This document shows, one piece after another, positions 1 to 15,400 of a DNA stretch of 64,000 nucleotides (positions are counted from its first letter, which is position 1; every line of letters starts with the position of its first letter). Origin of the DNA: the human T2T-CHM13v2.0 reference genome, Homo sapiens. Location of the stretch: the NCBI RefSeq assembly GCF_009914755.1, contig NC_060933.1; one strand, written 5' to 3'. Position numbers and translations under genes: made by a program. The notes beneath the pieces were generated by a model. The model saw only the letters and a program-made list of their open reading frames with translations. It was not told where the DNA came from and did no database searches.

Positions 1-3000
1 ACTCCATTCCATTGCATCGGGTTGATTGCATTCCATTCCATTCCATTCCATTCCGGATGACTCCATTCCATTGCATTCCATTCCATTCCATTCCCCTGCA
101 CTCGGGTTGATTACATTCCATTCCATTCCCTTCCATTCCTTTCCATTCCATTCCACTCCATTGCAATCGAGTTGATTCCATTCCATTCCATTCCATTCCA
201 TTCCATTCCATTCCATTCCGGATGATTGCATTCCATGGCATTCCATTCCATTCCATTCCCCTGCACTCGGGTTGATTCCATTCCATTTCATTACATTACA
301 TTCCGTTCCATTCCATTCCATTCCATTCTATTCCGGTAAATTCTATTCCATTCCATTCCATTCCATTCCATTCCATTCCATTCCATTCCATTCCATTGCA
401 ATCTAGTTGATTCGACTCCATTCCATTCCATTCCATTCCATTCCAATCGAATTGATTCCATTCCATTCCATTCCATTCCAGTCCATTCCAGTCCTTTCCA
501 TTCCATTCCACTCGGGTTGATTCCATTCTATTCCTTTCCATTCCATTCCATTCCATTGCAGTCGAGTTGATTCCATTCCATTTCATTCCATTCCATTCCA
601 TTCCATTCCATTCCAATGGATTTAATTCCATTCCATTCCATTCCATTCCACTCCATTCCAGTCCTTTCCATACTATACCACTCGGGTTGATTCCATTCTA
701 TTCCTTTCCACTCCATTCCATTCCATTGCAATCGAGTTGATTCCTTTCGAGTTGAATCCATTCCATTCCATTCCATTCTATTACATTGCACACGGGTTCA
801 TTCTATTCCATTCCATTCCATTCCATTCCATTCCATTTCATTCCATTCCATTCTATTCCGTACCATTCCATTCCATCCCATTCCATTCCATTCCATTCCA
901 TGCCATTACACTCGGGTTGATACCATTCCTTTCCATTCCATTCTTGTTGAATCCATTCCATTCCATTCCATTCCATTCGAATCCATTCCATTGCACTCGG
1001 TTTGATTCCATTCCATTCCATTCCATTCCATTCCATTCCATTTCATTCCATTCCCTTCCATTACATTCGGACTGATTCTATTCAATTCCCTTACACTCCA
1101 ATACATTCCATTCCATTCGGTATGTTTCCATTCCATTCCATTCCATTCCATTGCATCGGGTTGATTCCATTCCATTCCATTCCATTCCATTCCATTCCAT
1201 TCCGGATGATTCCATTCCATTGCATTCCATTCCATTCCATTCCCGTGCAGTCGGGTTGATTCCATTCCATTCCATTCCATTCCATTCCATTCCATTCCAT
1301 TCCATACCGTTCCATTCCATTCCATTCCATTCCATTCTATTCGGGTTAATTCCATTCCATTCCATTCCATTCCATTCCATTCCATTCAAATTCCATTCCA
1401 CTCCATTCCAATCGAGTTGATTCCATTCCATTCCGTTCCATTCCATTCCACTCCATTCCAGTCCTTTCCATTCCATTCCACTCGGGTTGATTCCATTTTA
1501 TTCATTTCCATTCCATTCCATTCCATTGCAATCGAGTTGATTCCATTGTTTTGCATTCCATTCCATTCCATTCCATTCCGGATGATTCCATTCCATTGCA
1601 TTCCATTCCATTCCACTCCCCTGCTCTCGGGTTGATTCCATTCCATTCCACTCCATTCCGTTCCATTCCATTCCATTCCATTGTATTCGAGTTAATTCCA
1701 TTCCATTCCATTTCATTCCATTCCATTCCATTACAATCGAGTTGATTCCATTCCATTCCATTCCATACCATTCCATTCCATTCCATTCCATTCCATTCCA
1801 TTCCATTCCATTCCATTCCGTTCCATTCCGTTCCATTCCATTGCATTCCATTCCATTCCGGATGATTCCATTCCATTGAATTCCATTCCATTCCTTTCCC
1901 CTGCACTTGGGTTGATTCCATTCCATTCTATTCCATTCCATTCCATTCCATTCCATTCCATTCCATTCCATTCCATTCCATTCCATTTCTTTCCATTCCA
2001 TTCTATTCCTTACCATTCCATTCCATTCCATTCCCTTCCATTCAATTTCACTCGGGTTTATTCCATTCCTTTCCATTCCATTCGGGTTGAATCCATTCCA
2101 TTCCATTCCATTCCATTCCATTCCATTCCATTCCATTCCATTCCATTGCACTCGGGTTGATTCCATTCCATTCCATGCCATTCCATTTCATTCCATTCCA
2201 TTCCATTCCAATCCATTCCATTCCATTCCATTCCATTCCGTTCCATTCCATTCCATTACATTCGGATTGATTCTTTTTAATTCCCTTACACTCCATTTCA
2301 TTCCATTCCATTTGGGTACTTTCCATTCCATTCCATTCCTTTCCACTGCATTCTATTGCACTCGGGTTGATTGATTCCATTCCATTGCATTGCATTCCAT
2401 TCCATTCCATTCCGCATGACTCCATTCCATTGCATTCCATTCCATTCCATTCCCCTGCACTTGGGTTGATCCCATTCCATTGCATTGCATTCCATTCCAT
2501 TCCATTCCATTCCATTCCATTCCATTCCATTCCATTCCATTCCGTTTCATTCCATTCCATTCCATTCCATTTCATTCCATTCCATTCCATTCCATTCCAT
2601 TCCATTTCATTCCATTTCATTCCGTTTCATGCCATTCTACTCGGGTTGATTCCATTCCTTTCCATTCTATTCGAGTTGAACCCATTCAATTCCATTCCAT
2701 TCCATTCCATTCCATTCCATTGCACACGGGTTCATTCCATTCTATTCCATTCCATTCCATTCCACTCCATTCCATTCCATTTCTTTCCATTCCATTCTAT
2801 TCCGTACCATTCCATTCCATTCCATTCCCTTCCATGCAATTTCACTCGGGTTTATTCCATTCCTTTCCATTCCATTCGGGTTGAATCCATTCCATTCCAT
2901 TCCATTCGATTCCATTCCATTGCACTCGGGTTGATTCCATTCTTTTCCATGCCATTCCATTTCATTCCATTCCATTCCATTCCAATCCATTCCATTCCAT

Positions 3001-6000
3001 TCCATTCCGTTCCATTCCATTCCATTACATTCGGATTGATTCTTTTTAATTCCCTTACACTCCATTTCATTCCATTCCATTCGGGTACTTTCCATTCCAT
3101 TCCATTCCTTTCCACTGCATTCTATTGCACTCGGGTTGATTGATTCCATTCCATTGCATTCCATTCCATTCCATTCCATTCCGGATGACTCCATTCCATT
3201 GCATTCCATTCCATTCCATTCCCCTGCACTCGGGTTGATCCCATTCCATTGCATTGCATTGCATTCCATTCCATTCCATTCCATTCCATTCCATTACGTT
3301 CCGTTCCATTCCATTCCATTCCATTCTGTTCAGGTTAATTCCATTCCATTCCATTCCATTCCATCCCATTGCAATCGAGTTGATTCCATTGCATTCCATT
3401 CCATTCCATTCCATTGCATTCCATTCCATTCCATTCCCCTGCACTCAGATTGATTCCATTCCATTCCATTCCATTCCATTCCATTCCATTTCAATCGAGT
3501 TGATTCCATTCCATTCCATTCCATTCCATTCCGTTCCATTCTATTCGCGTTAATTCCATTCCATTCCATTCCATTCCATTACATTGCAATCGAGTTGATT
3601 CCATTCCATTCCGTTCCATTCCATTCCATTCCATTTCGTTCCATTCCACTCTATTCCGTACCATTCCATTCCATTCCATTTCATTCCATTCCATTCCATG
3701 CCATTCCACTCGGGATGATTCCATTGCTTTCCATTCCATTTGGGTTGAATCCAATCCATTCCATTCCATTCCATTCCATTCCATTCCATTCCATTCCATT
3801 CCATTGCACTAGGTATGATTCCATTCCACTGCATTCCATTCCATTCCATTCCGTTCCATTCCATTCCATTACATTCGGATTGATTGTACTCAATTCCCTT
3901 ACACTCCATTACATTCTATTCCATTCGAGTTGTTTCCATTCCATTACATTCCATTCCACTCCATTCCATTGCACCCAGGTTGATTCCATTCCATTCCATT
4001 CCATTCCATTCCATTTCGTTCCATTCCATTCTATTCCGAACCATTCCATTCCATTCCATTCCACTCCATTCCATGCCATTCCAGTCTGGTTGATTCCATT
4101 CCGTTCCATTCCATTCGGGTTGAATCCATTCCATTCCATTCCATTCCATTCCGTATGATTCCATTCCATTGCATTCCATTCCATTCCATTCCCCTGCACT
4201 CGGGTGGATTCCATTCCATTCCATTCCATTCCATTCCATTCCATTCCATTCCATTCCATTCCATTCTATTAGGGTTAATTTCATTCCATTCCATTCCATT
4301 CCCTTTCATTCCATTCCATTCCTTTCCATTCCATTCCATTGAAATCGAGTTGATTCCATTCCATTCCATTCCATTCCATTCCATTCCATTCTATTCGGGT
4401 TAATTCCATTCCATTCCATTCCATTCCATTCCATTCCCTTCAATTCCATTCCATTCCATTCCCTTCCATTCCATTCCATTTCATTCCATTCCATTCCATT
4501 CCATTCCATTTCATTCCGTTCCATGCCATTCCACTCGGGTTGATTCCATTCCTTTCCATTCTATTCGAGTTGAACCCATTCCATTCCATTCCATTCCATT
4601 CCATTCCATTTCACACGTGTTCATTCCATTCTATTCCATTCGATTCCATTCCATTCAATTCCATTCCATTCCATTTCATTTCATTCCATTCCATTCTATT
4701 CTGTACCATTCCATTCCATTCCATTCCCTTCCAAGCCATTTCACTCGGGTTTATTCCATTCCTTTCCATTCCATTCGGGTTGAATCCATTCCATTCCATT
4801 CCATTCCATTCGATTCCATTCCATTGCACTCGGGTTGATTCCTTTCCATTCCATGCCATTCCATTTCATTCCATTCCATTCCATTCCAATCCATTCCATT
4901 CCATTCCATTCCATTCCATTCCATTACATTCGGATTGATTCTTTTTAATTCCCTTACACTCCATTTCATTCCATTCCATTCGGGTACTTTCCATTCCATT
5001 CCATTCCTTCCCACTGCATTCTATTGCACTCGGGTTGATTGATTCCTTTCCATTCCATTCCATTCCATTCCATTCCATTCCAGATGACTCCATTCCATTG
5101 CATTCCATTCCATTCCATTCCCCTGCACTCGGGTTGATCCCATTCCATTGCATTGCATTGCATTCCATTCCATTCCATTCCATTCCATTCCATTCCATTC
5201 CATTCCATTCCATTTCGTTCCGTTCCATTCCATTCCATTCCATTCTGTTCAGGTTAATTCCATTCCATTCCATTCCATTCCATCCCATTGCAATCGAGTT
5301 GATTCCATTGCATTGCATTCCATTCCATTCCATTGCATTCAATTCCATTCCATTCCCCTGCACTCAGATTGATTCCATTCCATTCCATTCCATTCCAATC
5401 TGTTCCATTCTATTCGCGTTAATTCCATTCCATTCCATTTCATTACATTACATTGCAATCGAGTTGATTCCATTCCATTCCGTTCCATTCCATTCCATTC
5501 CATTCCATTCCATTTCATTCCATTCCATTCTATTCCGTACCATTCCATTCCATCCCATTCCATTCCATTCCATTCCATGCCATTACACTCGGGTTGATTC
5601 CTTTCCTTTCCATTCCATTCTTGTTGAATCCATTCCATTCCATTCCATTATATTCGAATCCATTCCATTCCATTCGAATCCATTCCATTGCACTCGGTTT
5701 GATTCCATTCCATTCCATTCCATTCCATTTCATTCCATTCCCTTCCATTTCATTCGGACTGATTCTATTCAATTCCCTTACACTCTATTACATTCCATTC
5801 CATTCGGGATGTTTCCATTCCATTCCATTCCATTCCATTCCATTCCATTCAATTCCATTGCATCGGGATCATTCCATTCCATTCCATTCCATTCCATTCC
5901 ATTCCGGATGATTCCATTCCATTGCATTCAATTCCATTCCATTGCATTCAATTCCATTCCATTCCCCTGCACTCGGGTTCATTACATTCCATTCCATTCC

Positions 6001-9000
6001 CTTCCATTCCTTTCCATTCCATTCCATTCCATTCTATTCGGGTTAATTCCATTCCATTCCACTCCATTCCATTCCATTCCATTCCATTCCATTCCAATCG
6101 AGTTGATTCCATTCCATTCCATTCCATTCCGTTCCAGATGATTCCATTCCATTGCATTCCATTCCATTCCATTCCCGTGCAGTCGGGTTGATTCCATTCC
6201 ATTCCATTCCATTCCACTCCATTCAGTTCCGTTCCATTCCATTCCATTCCATTCCATTCTATTCGGGTTAATTCCATTCCATTCCATTCCATTCCATTCC
6301 ATTCCATTCCATTCAAATTCCATTCCACTCCATTCCAATCGAGTTGATTCCATTCCATTCCGTTCCATTCCATTCCACTCCATTCCAGTCCTTTCCATTA
6401 CATTCCACTCGGGTTGATTCCATTCTATTCATTTCTATTCCATTCCATTCCATTGCAATCGAGTTGATTCCATTGTTTTGCATTCCATTCCATTCCATTC
6501 CATTCCGGATGATTCCATTCCATTGCATTCCATTCCATTCCATTCCCCTGCACTCAGGTTGATTCCATTCCATTCCACTCCATTCCGTTCCATTCCATTC
6601 CATTCCATTGTATTCGGGTTAATTCCATTCCATTCCATTCCATTCCATTCCATTCCATTCCATTCCGTTACAATCGAGTTGATTCCATTCCATTCCATTC
6701 CATACCATTCCATTCCATTCCATTCCATTCCATTCCATTCCATTCCATTCCGTTCCATTCCGTTCCATTCCATTCCATTCCATTCTATTCGGGATAATTC
6801 CATTCCATTCCATTCCATTCCATTCTATTCGTGTTAATGCCATTCCATTCTATTCCATTCCATTCCATTGAAATCGAGTTGATTCCATTCCATTCCATTC
6901 CATTCCATTCCGGATGATTCCATTCCATTGCATTCCATTCCATTCCATTCCCCTGCACTCGGGTTGAATCCATTCCATTCCATTCCATTACATTCCGTTC
7001 CATTCCATTCCATTCCATTCTATTCGGGTTAATTCCATTCCATTCCATTCCACTCCATTCCAGTCCTTTGCATTCCATTCCACTCGGGTTGATTCCATTC
7101 TATTCCTTTCCATTCCATTCCATTAAATTGCAATCGAGTTGATTCCATTCGAGTTGAATCCATTCCATTCCAATCCATTCCATTACATTGCACACGGGTT
7201 CATTCCATTCCATTCCATTAAATTCCATTCCATTCCATTTCATTCCATTCCATTCTATTCCGTACCATTCCATTCCATCCCATTATATTCCATTCCATTC
7301 CATTCCATCCCATTCCATTCCATTGCATTCCATTCCATGCCATTACACTCGGGTTGATTCCATTCCTTTGCATTCCATTCTTGTTTAATCCATTCCATTC
7401 CATTCCATTCCTTTCGAATCCATTCCATTGCACTCGGGTTGATTCCATTCCATTCCATTCCATTCCATTTCATTCCATTCCATTCCATTACATTCGGGTT
7501 GATTCTATTCAATTCCCTTACACTCCATTACATTCCATTCCATTCGCGATGTTTCCATTCCATTCCATTCCATTCCATTCCATTCCACTCCATTCCATTG
7601 CATCTGGTTGATTGCATTCCATTCCATTCCATTCCATTCCGGATGATTCCATTCCATTGCATTCCATTCCATTCCATTCCCCTGCACTAGGGTTGATTAC
7701 ATTCCATTCCATTCCCTTCCATTCCTTTCCATTCCATTCCACTCCATTGCAATCGAGTTGATTCCATTCCATTCCATTCCATTCCATTCCGGATGATTGC
7801 ATTCCATTGCATTCCATTCCATTCCATTCCCCTGCACTCGGATTGATTCCATTCCATTTCATTCCATTACATTCCGTTCCATTCCATTTCATTCCATTCT
7901 ATTCAGGTTAATTCCATTCCATTCCATTCCATTCCATTCCATTCCAATCGAGTTGATTCCATTCCATTCTATCCCATTCCATTCCATTCCATTCCATTCC
8001 AATCGATTTGATTCCATTCCATTCCATTCCATTCCACTCCATTCCAGTCCTTTCCATTCCATTCCACTCGGGTTGATTCCATTCTATTCCTTCCCATTCC
8101 ATTCCATTCCATTCCACTCGGGTTGATTCCATTCTATTCCTTTCCATTCCATTCCATTCCATTGCAATCGAGTTGATTCCTTTCGAGTTGAATCCATTCC
8201 ATTCCATTCCATTCCATTACATTACATTGCACACGGGTTCATTCCATTCCATTCCATTCCATTCCATTCCATTCCATTCCACTCCATTTCATTCCATTCC
8301 ATTCTATTCCGTACCATTCCATTACATCCCATTCCATTCCATTCCATTCCATGCCATTACACTCGGGTTGATTCCATTCCTTTCCATTCCATTCTTGTTG
8401 AATCCATTCCATTCCATTCCATTCCATTCGAATACATTCCATTGCACTCGGTTTGATTCCATTCCATTCCATTCCATTCCATTTCATTCCATTCCCTTCC
8501 ATTACATTCGGACTGATTCTATTCAATTCCCTTACACTCCATTACATTCCATTCCATTCGGGATGTTTCCATTCCATTCCATTCCATTCCATTCCATTCC
8601 ATTGCATCGGGTTGATTCCATTCCATTCCATTCCATTCCATTCCGGATGATTCCATTCCATTGCATTCAATTCCATCCCATTCCCCTGCACTCGGGTTCA
8701 TTACATTCCATTCCATTCCCTTCCATTCCTTTCCATTCCATTCCATTCCATTCTATTCGGGTTAATTCCATTCCATTCCACTCCATTCCATTCCATTCCA
8801 TTCCATTCCATTCCATTCCATTGCAATCTAGTTGATTCCATTCCATTCCATTCCATTCCGTTCCGGATGATTCCATTCCATTGCATTCCATTCCATTCCA
8901 TTCCCGTGTAGTCAGGTTGATTCCATTCCATTCCATTCCATTCCATTCCATTCCGTTCCGTTCCATTCCATTCCATTCCATTCCATTCTATTCGGGTTAA

Positions 9001-9430
9001 TTCCATTCCATTCCATTCCATTCCATTCCATTCCATTCCATTCAAATTCCATTCCACTCCATTCCAATCGAGTTGATTCCATTCCATTCCGTTCCATTCC
9101 ATTCCACTCCATTCCAGTCCTTTCCATTCCATTCCACTCGGGTTGATTCCATTCTATTCATTCCCATTCCATTCCATTCCATTGCAATCGAGTTGATTCC
9201 ATTGTTTTCATTGCATTCCATTCCATTCCATTCCATTCCGGATGATTCCATTCCATTGCATTCCATTGCATTCCATTCCCCTGCACTCGGGTTGATTCCA
9301 TTCCATTCCACTCCATTCCGTTCCATTCCATTCCATTCCATTCCATTGTATTCGGGTCAATTCCATTCCATTCCATTCCATTCCATTCCATTCCATTCCA
9401 GTCCATTAAAATCGAGTTGATTCCATTCCA
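1..9430 (+). repeat. HSat3 domain A/C mosaic
   Basis: A-type modules carry TTCAAATTCC (~1386, 6312, 9041), TTCTTGTTGAATCC and CCCGTG(C/T)AGTC. They alternate with C-type sequence at ~1960-5450 (CTTTTTAATTCCC, CTGTTCAGGTT, CTCAGATTG). Confidence 0.65.
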
Positions 9431-12400
9431 TTCCATTCCATACCATTCCATTCCATTCCATTCCATTCCAGTGCTTTCCATTCCATTCCTCTCGGGTTGA
9501 TTCCATTCTATTAGTTTCCATTCCATTCCATTCCCTTCCATTCCACTCTTGTTGATTCCATTCCTTTCCATTGCACTCGAATACATTCCCTCCGATTCCA
9601 CTCGGAACGATTCCATTCCATTCCATTCCATTCCATTCCATTCCATTACATTCCATTCCATTCCATTGTACTCGGGTTGATTCAATTCCATTGCATTCCA
9701 TTCCATTCCATTCCATTCCATTCCATTCCGTTGCATTCCATTCCATTACATTCGGATTGATTCTATTCAACTCCCTTACTCTCCATTACATTCCATTCCA
9801 TTAGGGTTGTTCCATTCCATTCCATTCCATTCCACTCCATTCCATTACACTCGGGTTGATTCCATTCCATTCCATTCCATTGCGGATGATTCCATTCCAT
9901 TGCATTCCGTTCCATTACATTCCCCTGCACTCGTGTTGATTCCATTCCATTCCATTCCATTCCATTCCATTCCATTCCATTCCATTACAATTCGTTCCAT
10001 TCCATTCTATTCCATAGCATTCCATTCCATTCCATAGCATTCCATTCCATTCCATTCCATTCCGTTCCATTCCATTGCATTCCATTCCATTCCATTCTAT
10101 TCGAATTAATTCCATTCCATTCCATTACATTCCATTCTATTCCATTCCATTGCAATCGATTTGAACCCATTGCATTTCATTCCATTCCATTCCATTCCAT
10201 TCCATTCCGGAAGATTCCATTCCATTGCATTCCATTCCATTCCATTCCATTCCCCTGCACTCGCGTTGATTCCATTCCATTCCATTCCATTCCATTCCGT
10301 TCTGTTCCATTCCATTCCATTCCATTCCATTCCATTACGTTCCGTTCCATTCCATTCCATTCCATTCTCTTCGGGTTAATTCCATTCCATTCCATTCGAT
10401 TGCAATCGAGTTGATTCCATTCCATTCCATTCCATTCCATTCCATTCCGGAAGATTCCATTCCATTGCATTCCATTCCATTCCATTCCCCTGCACTCGCG
10501 TTGATTCCATTCCATTCCATTCCATTCCATTCCATTCCGTTCCGTTCCATTCCATTCCATTCCATTCCATTCTATTCGGGTTAATTCCATTCCATTCCAT
10601 TCGATTGCAATCGAGTTGATTCCATTCCATTCCATTCCATTCCATTCCATTCCATTCCATTCCATTCCTTTCCATTCCATTACGGATGATTCCATTCCAT
10701 TGCACTCCATTCCATTCCATTCCCCTGTACTCGGGTTGATTCCATTCCATTCCATTCCAATCCATGCCATTCCACTCGTGTTGATTCCATTCTTTCCATT
10801 CCATTCAAGTTGAATCCATTCCATTGCATTCCATTCCATTCGATTCCATTCGATTGCACTCGGGTTGATTCCATTCCATTCCATTCCATTCCATTCCATT
10901 CCATTCCATTCCATTCTGTTCCGTTCCATTCCATTCCATTCCATTCTATTCCATTCCGTTCCGTTCCATTCCATTCCATTCCATTCTATTCGGGTTAATT
11001 CCATTCCATTCCATTCGATTGCAATCGAGTTGATTCCATTCCATTCCATTCCATTCCATTCCATTCCATTCCATTCCTTTCCATTCCATTACGGATGATT
11101 CCATTCCATTGCATTCCATTCCATTCCATTCCCCTGTACTCGGGTTGATTCCATTCCATTCCATTCCAATCCATGCCATTCCACTAGTGTTCATTCTATT
11201 CTTTCCATTCCATTCAAGTTGAATCCATTCCATTGCATTCCATTCCATTTGATTCCATTCGATTGCACTCGGGTTGATTCCATTCCATTGCATTCCATTC
11301 CATTCCATTCCGTTACATTCCATTCCATTACATTCGGATTGATTCTATTCAATTCCCTTACACTCCATTACTTTCCGTTCCATTCGGGTAGTTTCCATTC
11401 CATTCCATTCCATATCTCTCCATTCCATTGCACTCGGGTTGATTCCATTCCATTGCATTCCATTCCATTCCATTCAATTCCATTCCATTCCATTCCATTC
11501 CATTCCATTCCGTTCCATTCCATTCCGTTAAATTCGGATTGATTCTATTCAATTCCGTTACACTACATTACATTCCATTTCATTCGGGTAGTTTCCATTC
11601 CATTCCATTCCATTCCTCTCCATTCCATTGCACTAGGGTTGATTCCATTCCATTGCATTCCGTTCCATTCCATTCAATTGCATTCTGTTCCATTCCATTC
11701 CATTACATTCGGATTGATTCTATTCAACTCCCTTACTCTCCGTTACATTCCATTCCATTCGGGTTGTTCCATTCCATTCCATTTCACTCCATTCCATTGC
11801 ACTCGGGTTGATTCCATTCCATTCCATTCCATTCCATTCCATTCCGTAAGATTCCATTCCATTGCATTCCATTCCATTCCATTCCCCTGCACTCGCGTTG
11901 ATTCCAGTGCATTCCATTCCATTCCATTAGATTCCATTCCATTCCATTCCTTTCCGTTCCATTCCATTCCATTCCATTCCATTCCATTCCGTTCCGTTCC
12001 GTTCCGTTCCATTCCATTCCAAATCCATTCTATTCGGGTTATTTCCATTCCATTCCATTGGATAGCAATCGAGTTGATTCCATTCCATTCCATTCCATTC
12101 CATTCCATTGCATTCCATTCCATTCCATTCCCCTGCACTCGCGTTGATTCCATTCCATTCCATACCATTCCATTCCATTCCATTCCATTCCTTTCCGTTC
12201 CATTCCATTCCATTCCATTCCATTCCATTCCATTCCGTTCCATTCCATTCCATTCCATTCTATTCGGGTTAATTCCATTCCATTCCATTCGATTGCAATC
12301 GAGTTGATTCCATTCCATTCCATTCCATTCCATTCCTTTCCATTCCATTACGGATGATTCCGTTCCATTGCATTCCATTCCATTCCATTCCCCTGTACTC

Positions 12401-15400
12401 GGGTTCATTCCATTCCATTCCATTCCAATCCATGCCTTTCCACTCGTGTTGATTCCATTCCTTCCATTCCATTCAAGTTGAATCCATTCCATTGCATTCC
12501 ATTCCATTACATTCCATTCCCCTGCAGTCGGGTTGATTCCATTCCATTCCATTCCATTCCATTCCATTCCATTCCATTCCGTTCCGTTCCGTTCCGTTCC
12601 ATTCCATTCCATTCCATTTTATTCGGGTTAATTCCATTCCATTCCATTCCATTCCATTCCAGTCGAGTTGATTCCATTCCATTCCATTCCATTCCATTCC
12701 ACTCCATTCCAGTCCTTTCCATTCCATTCCACTCGGGTTGATTCCAATGTATTCCTTTCCATTCCATTCCATTCCATTGCAATCGAGTTGATTCCATTGC
12801 TTTGCATTCCATTCCATTCCATTCCATTCCGGATGATTCCATTCCATTGCATTCCATTCCATTCCATTCCCCTGCACTCGGGTTGATTCCATTCCATTCC
12901 ACTCCATTCCGTTCCATTCCATTCCATTCCATTGTATTCGGGTTAATTCCATTCCATTCCATTCCATTCCATTCCATTCCATTCCATTACAATCGAGTTG
13001 ATTCCATTCCATTCCATTCCATTCCATTCCGGATGATTCCATTCCATTGCATTCCGTTCCATTACATTCCCCTGCACTCGGGTTGATTCCATTCCATTCT
13101 ATTCCATTCCATTCCATTCCATTCCATTCCATTCCATTCCGTTGCATTCCATTGCATTTCATTCGGATTGATTCTATTCAACTCCCTTACTCTCCATTAC
13201 ATTCCATTCCATTCGGGTTGTTCCATTCCATTCCATTCCATTCCACTCCATTCCATTGCACTCGGATTGATTCCATTCCATTCCATTCTATTCCATTCCA
13301 TTCCGGATGATTCCATTCCATTGCATTCCATTCCATTACATTCCCCTGCACTCGGGTTGATTCCATTCCATTCTATTCCATTCCATTCGATTCCATTCCA
13401 TTCCAATTCTTTCCATTCCATTCTATTCCGTACCATTCCATTCCATTGCATACAATTCCATTCCATTCCATTCCACTCCGTTCCGTTCCGTTCCGTTCCA
13501 TTCCGTTCCATTCCATTCCATTCCATTCTATTCGGTTTAATTCCATTCCATTCCATTGTATTCCATTCCATTGCAATCGATTTGAATCCATTGCATTCCA
13601 TTCCATTCCATTCCATTCCATTCCGGAAGATTCCATTCCATTGCATTGCATTCCATTCCATTCCATTCCATTCCATTCCATTCCATTCCATTGTACTCGG
13701 GTTGATTCCATTCCATTGCATTGCATTCCATTCCATTCCATTCCATTCCATTCCATTCCAGTCCGTTCCATTCCATTCCATTACATTCGGATTGATTCTT
13801 TTCAACTCCCTTACTCTCCACTACATTCCATTCCATTCGGGTTGTTCCATTCCATTCCATTCCATTCCGGAAGATTCCATTCCATTGCATTCCATTCCAT
13901 TCCATTCCCCTGCACTCGCGTTGATTCCATTCCATTCCATTCCATTCCATTCCATTCCTTTCCGTTCCATTCCATTCCATTCCATTCCATTCCAATCCAT
14001 TGCATTCCGTTCCGTTCCGTTCCATTCCATTCCATTCCATTCTATTCGGGTTAATTCCATTCCATTCCATTCGATTGCAATCGAGTTGATTCCATTTCAT
14101 TCTATTCCATTCCATTCCATTCCTTTCCATTCCATTACGGATGATTCCATTCCATTGCATTCCATTCCATTCCATTCCCCTGTACTCGGGTTGATTCCAT
14201 TCCATTCCATTCCAATCCATGCCATTCCACTCGTGTTGATTCCATTCTTTCCATTCCATTCAAGTTGAATCCATTCCATTGCATTCCATTCCATTCCATT
14301 ACCCTGCAGTCGGGTTGATTCCATTCCATTCCATTCCATTACATTTCATTCCATTGCATTCCGTTCCGTTCCATTCCATTCCATTCCATTCTATTCGGGT
14401 TAATTCCATTCCATTCCATTCCATTCCATTCCAATCGAGTTGATTCCATTCCATTCCATTCCATTCCATTCCACTCCATTCCAGTCCTTTCCATTCCATT
14501 CCACTCGGGTTGATTCCTATGTATTCCTTTCCATTCCATTCCATTCCATTGCAATCGTGTTGATTCCATTGCTTTGCATTCCATTCCACTCCATTCCATT
14601 CCGGATGATTCCATTCCATTGCATTCCATTCCATTCCATTCCCCTGCACTCGGGTTGATTCCATTCCATTCCACTCCATTCCGTTCCATTCCATTCCATT
14701 CCATTGTATTCGGGTTAATTCCATTCCATTCCATTCCATTCCATTCCATTCCATTACAATCGAGTTGATTCCATTCCATTCCATTCCATTCCAGTCCTTT
14801 CCATTCCATTCCACTCGGGTTGATTCCATTCTATTAGTTTCCATTCCATTCCATTCCCTTCCATTCCACTCTGGTTGATACCATTCCTTTCCATTCCACT
14901 CGAATACATTCCCTCCTATTCCACTCGGAACGATTCCATTCCATTCCATTCCATTCCATTCCATTCCATTCCGTTCCATTCCATTTCGTTCCATTCCATT
15001 CTATTCCGTATCATTCCATTCCATTCCATTCCATTCCATTCCATTCCATTCCATTCCATTCCATTGTACTCAGGTTGATTCAATTCCATTGCATTCCATT
15101 CCATTCCATTCCATTCCATTCCATTCCATTCAATTCCATTCCATTACAATTCGTTCCATTCCATTCTATTCCGTACCATTCCATTCCATTCCATACCATT
15201 CCATTCCATTCCATTCCATTCCGTTCCATTCCGTTCCATTCCATTCCATTCCATTCTATTCGGATTAATTCCATTCCATTCCATTCCATTCCATTCCATT
15301 CCATTCCATTGCATTTCGTTCCATTCCATTCTGTTCCGTATCATTCCATTCCATTCCATTCCATTCCCTTCCATTCCATGCCATTACATTCCACTCGTGT

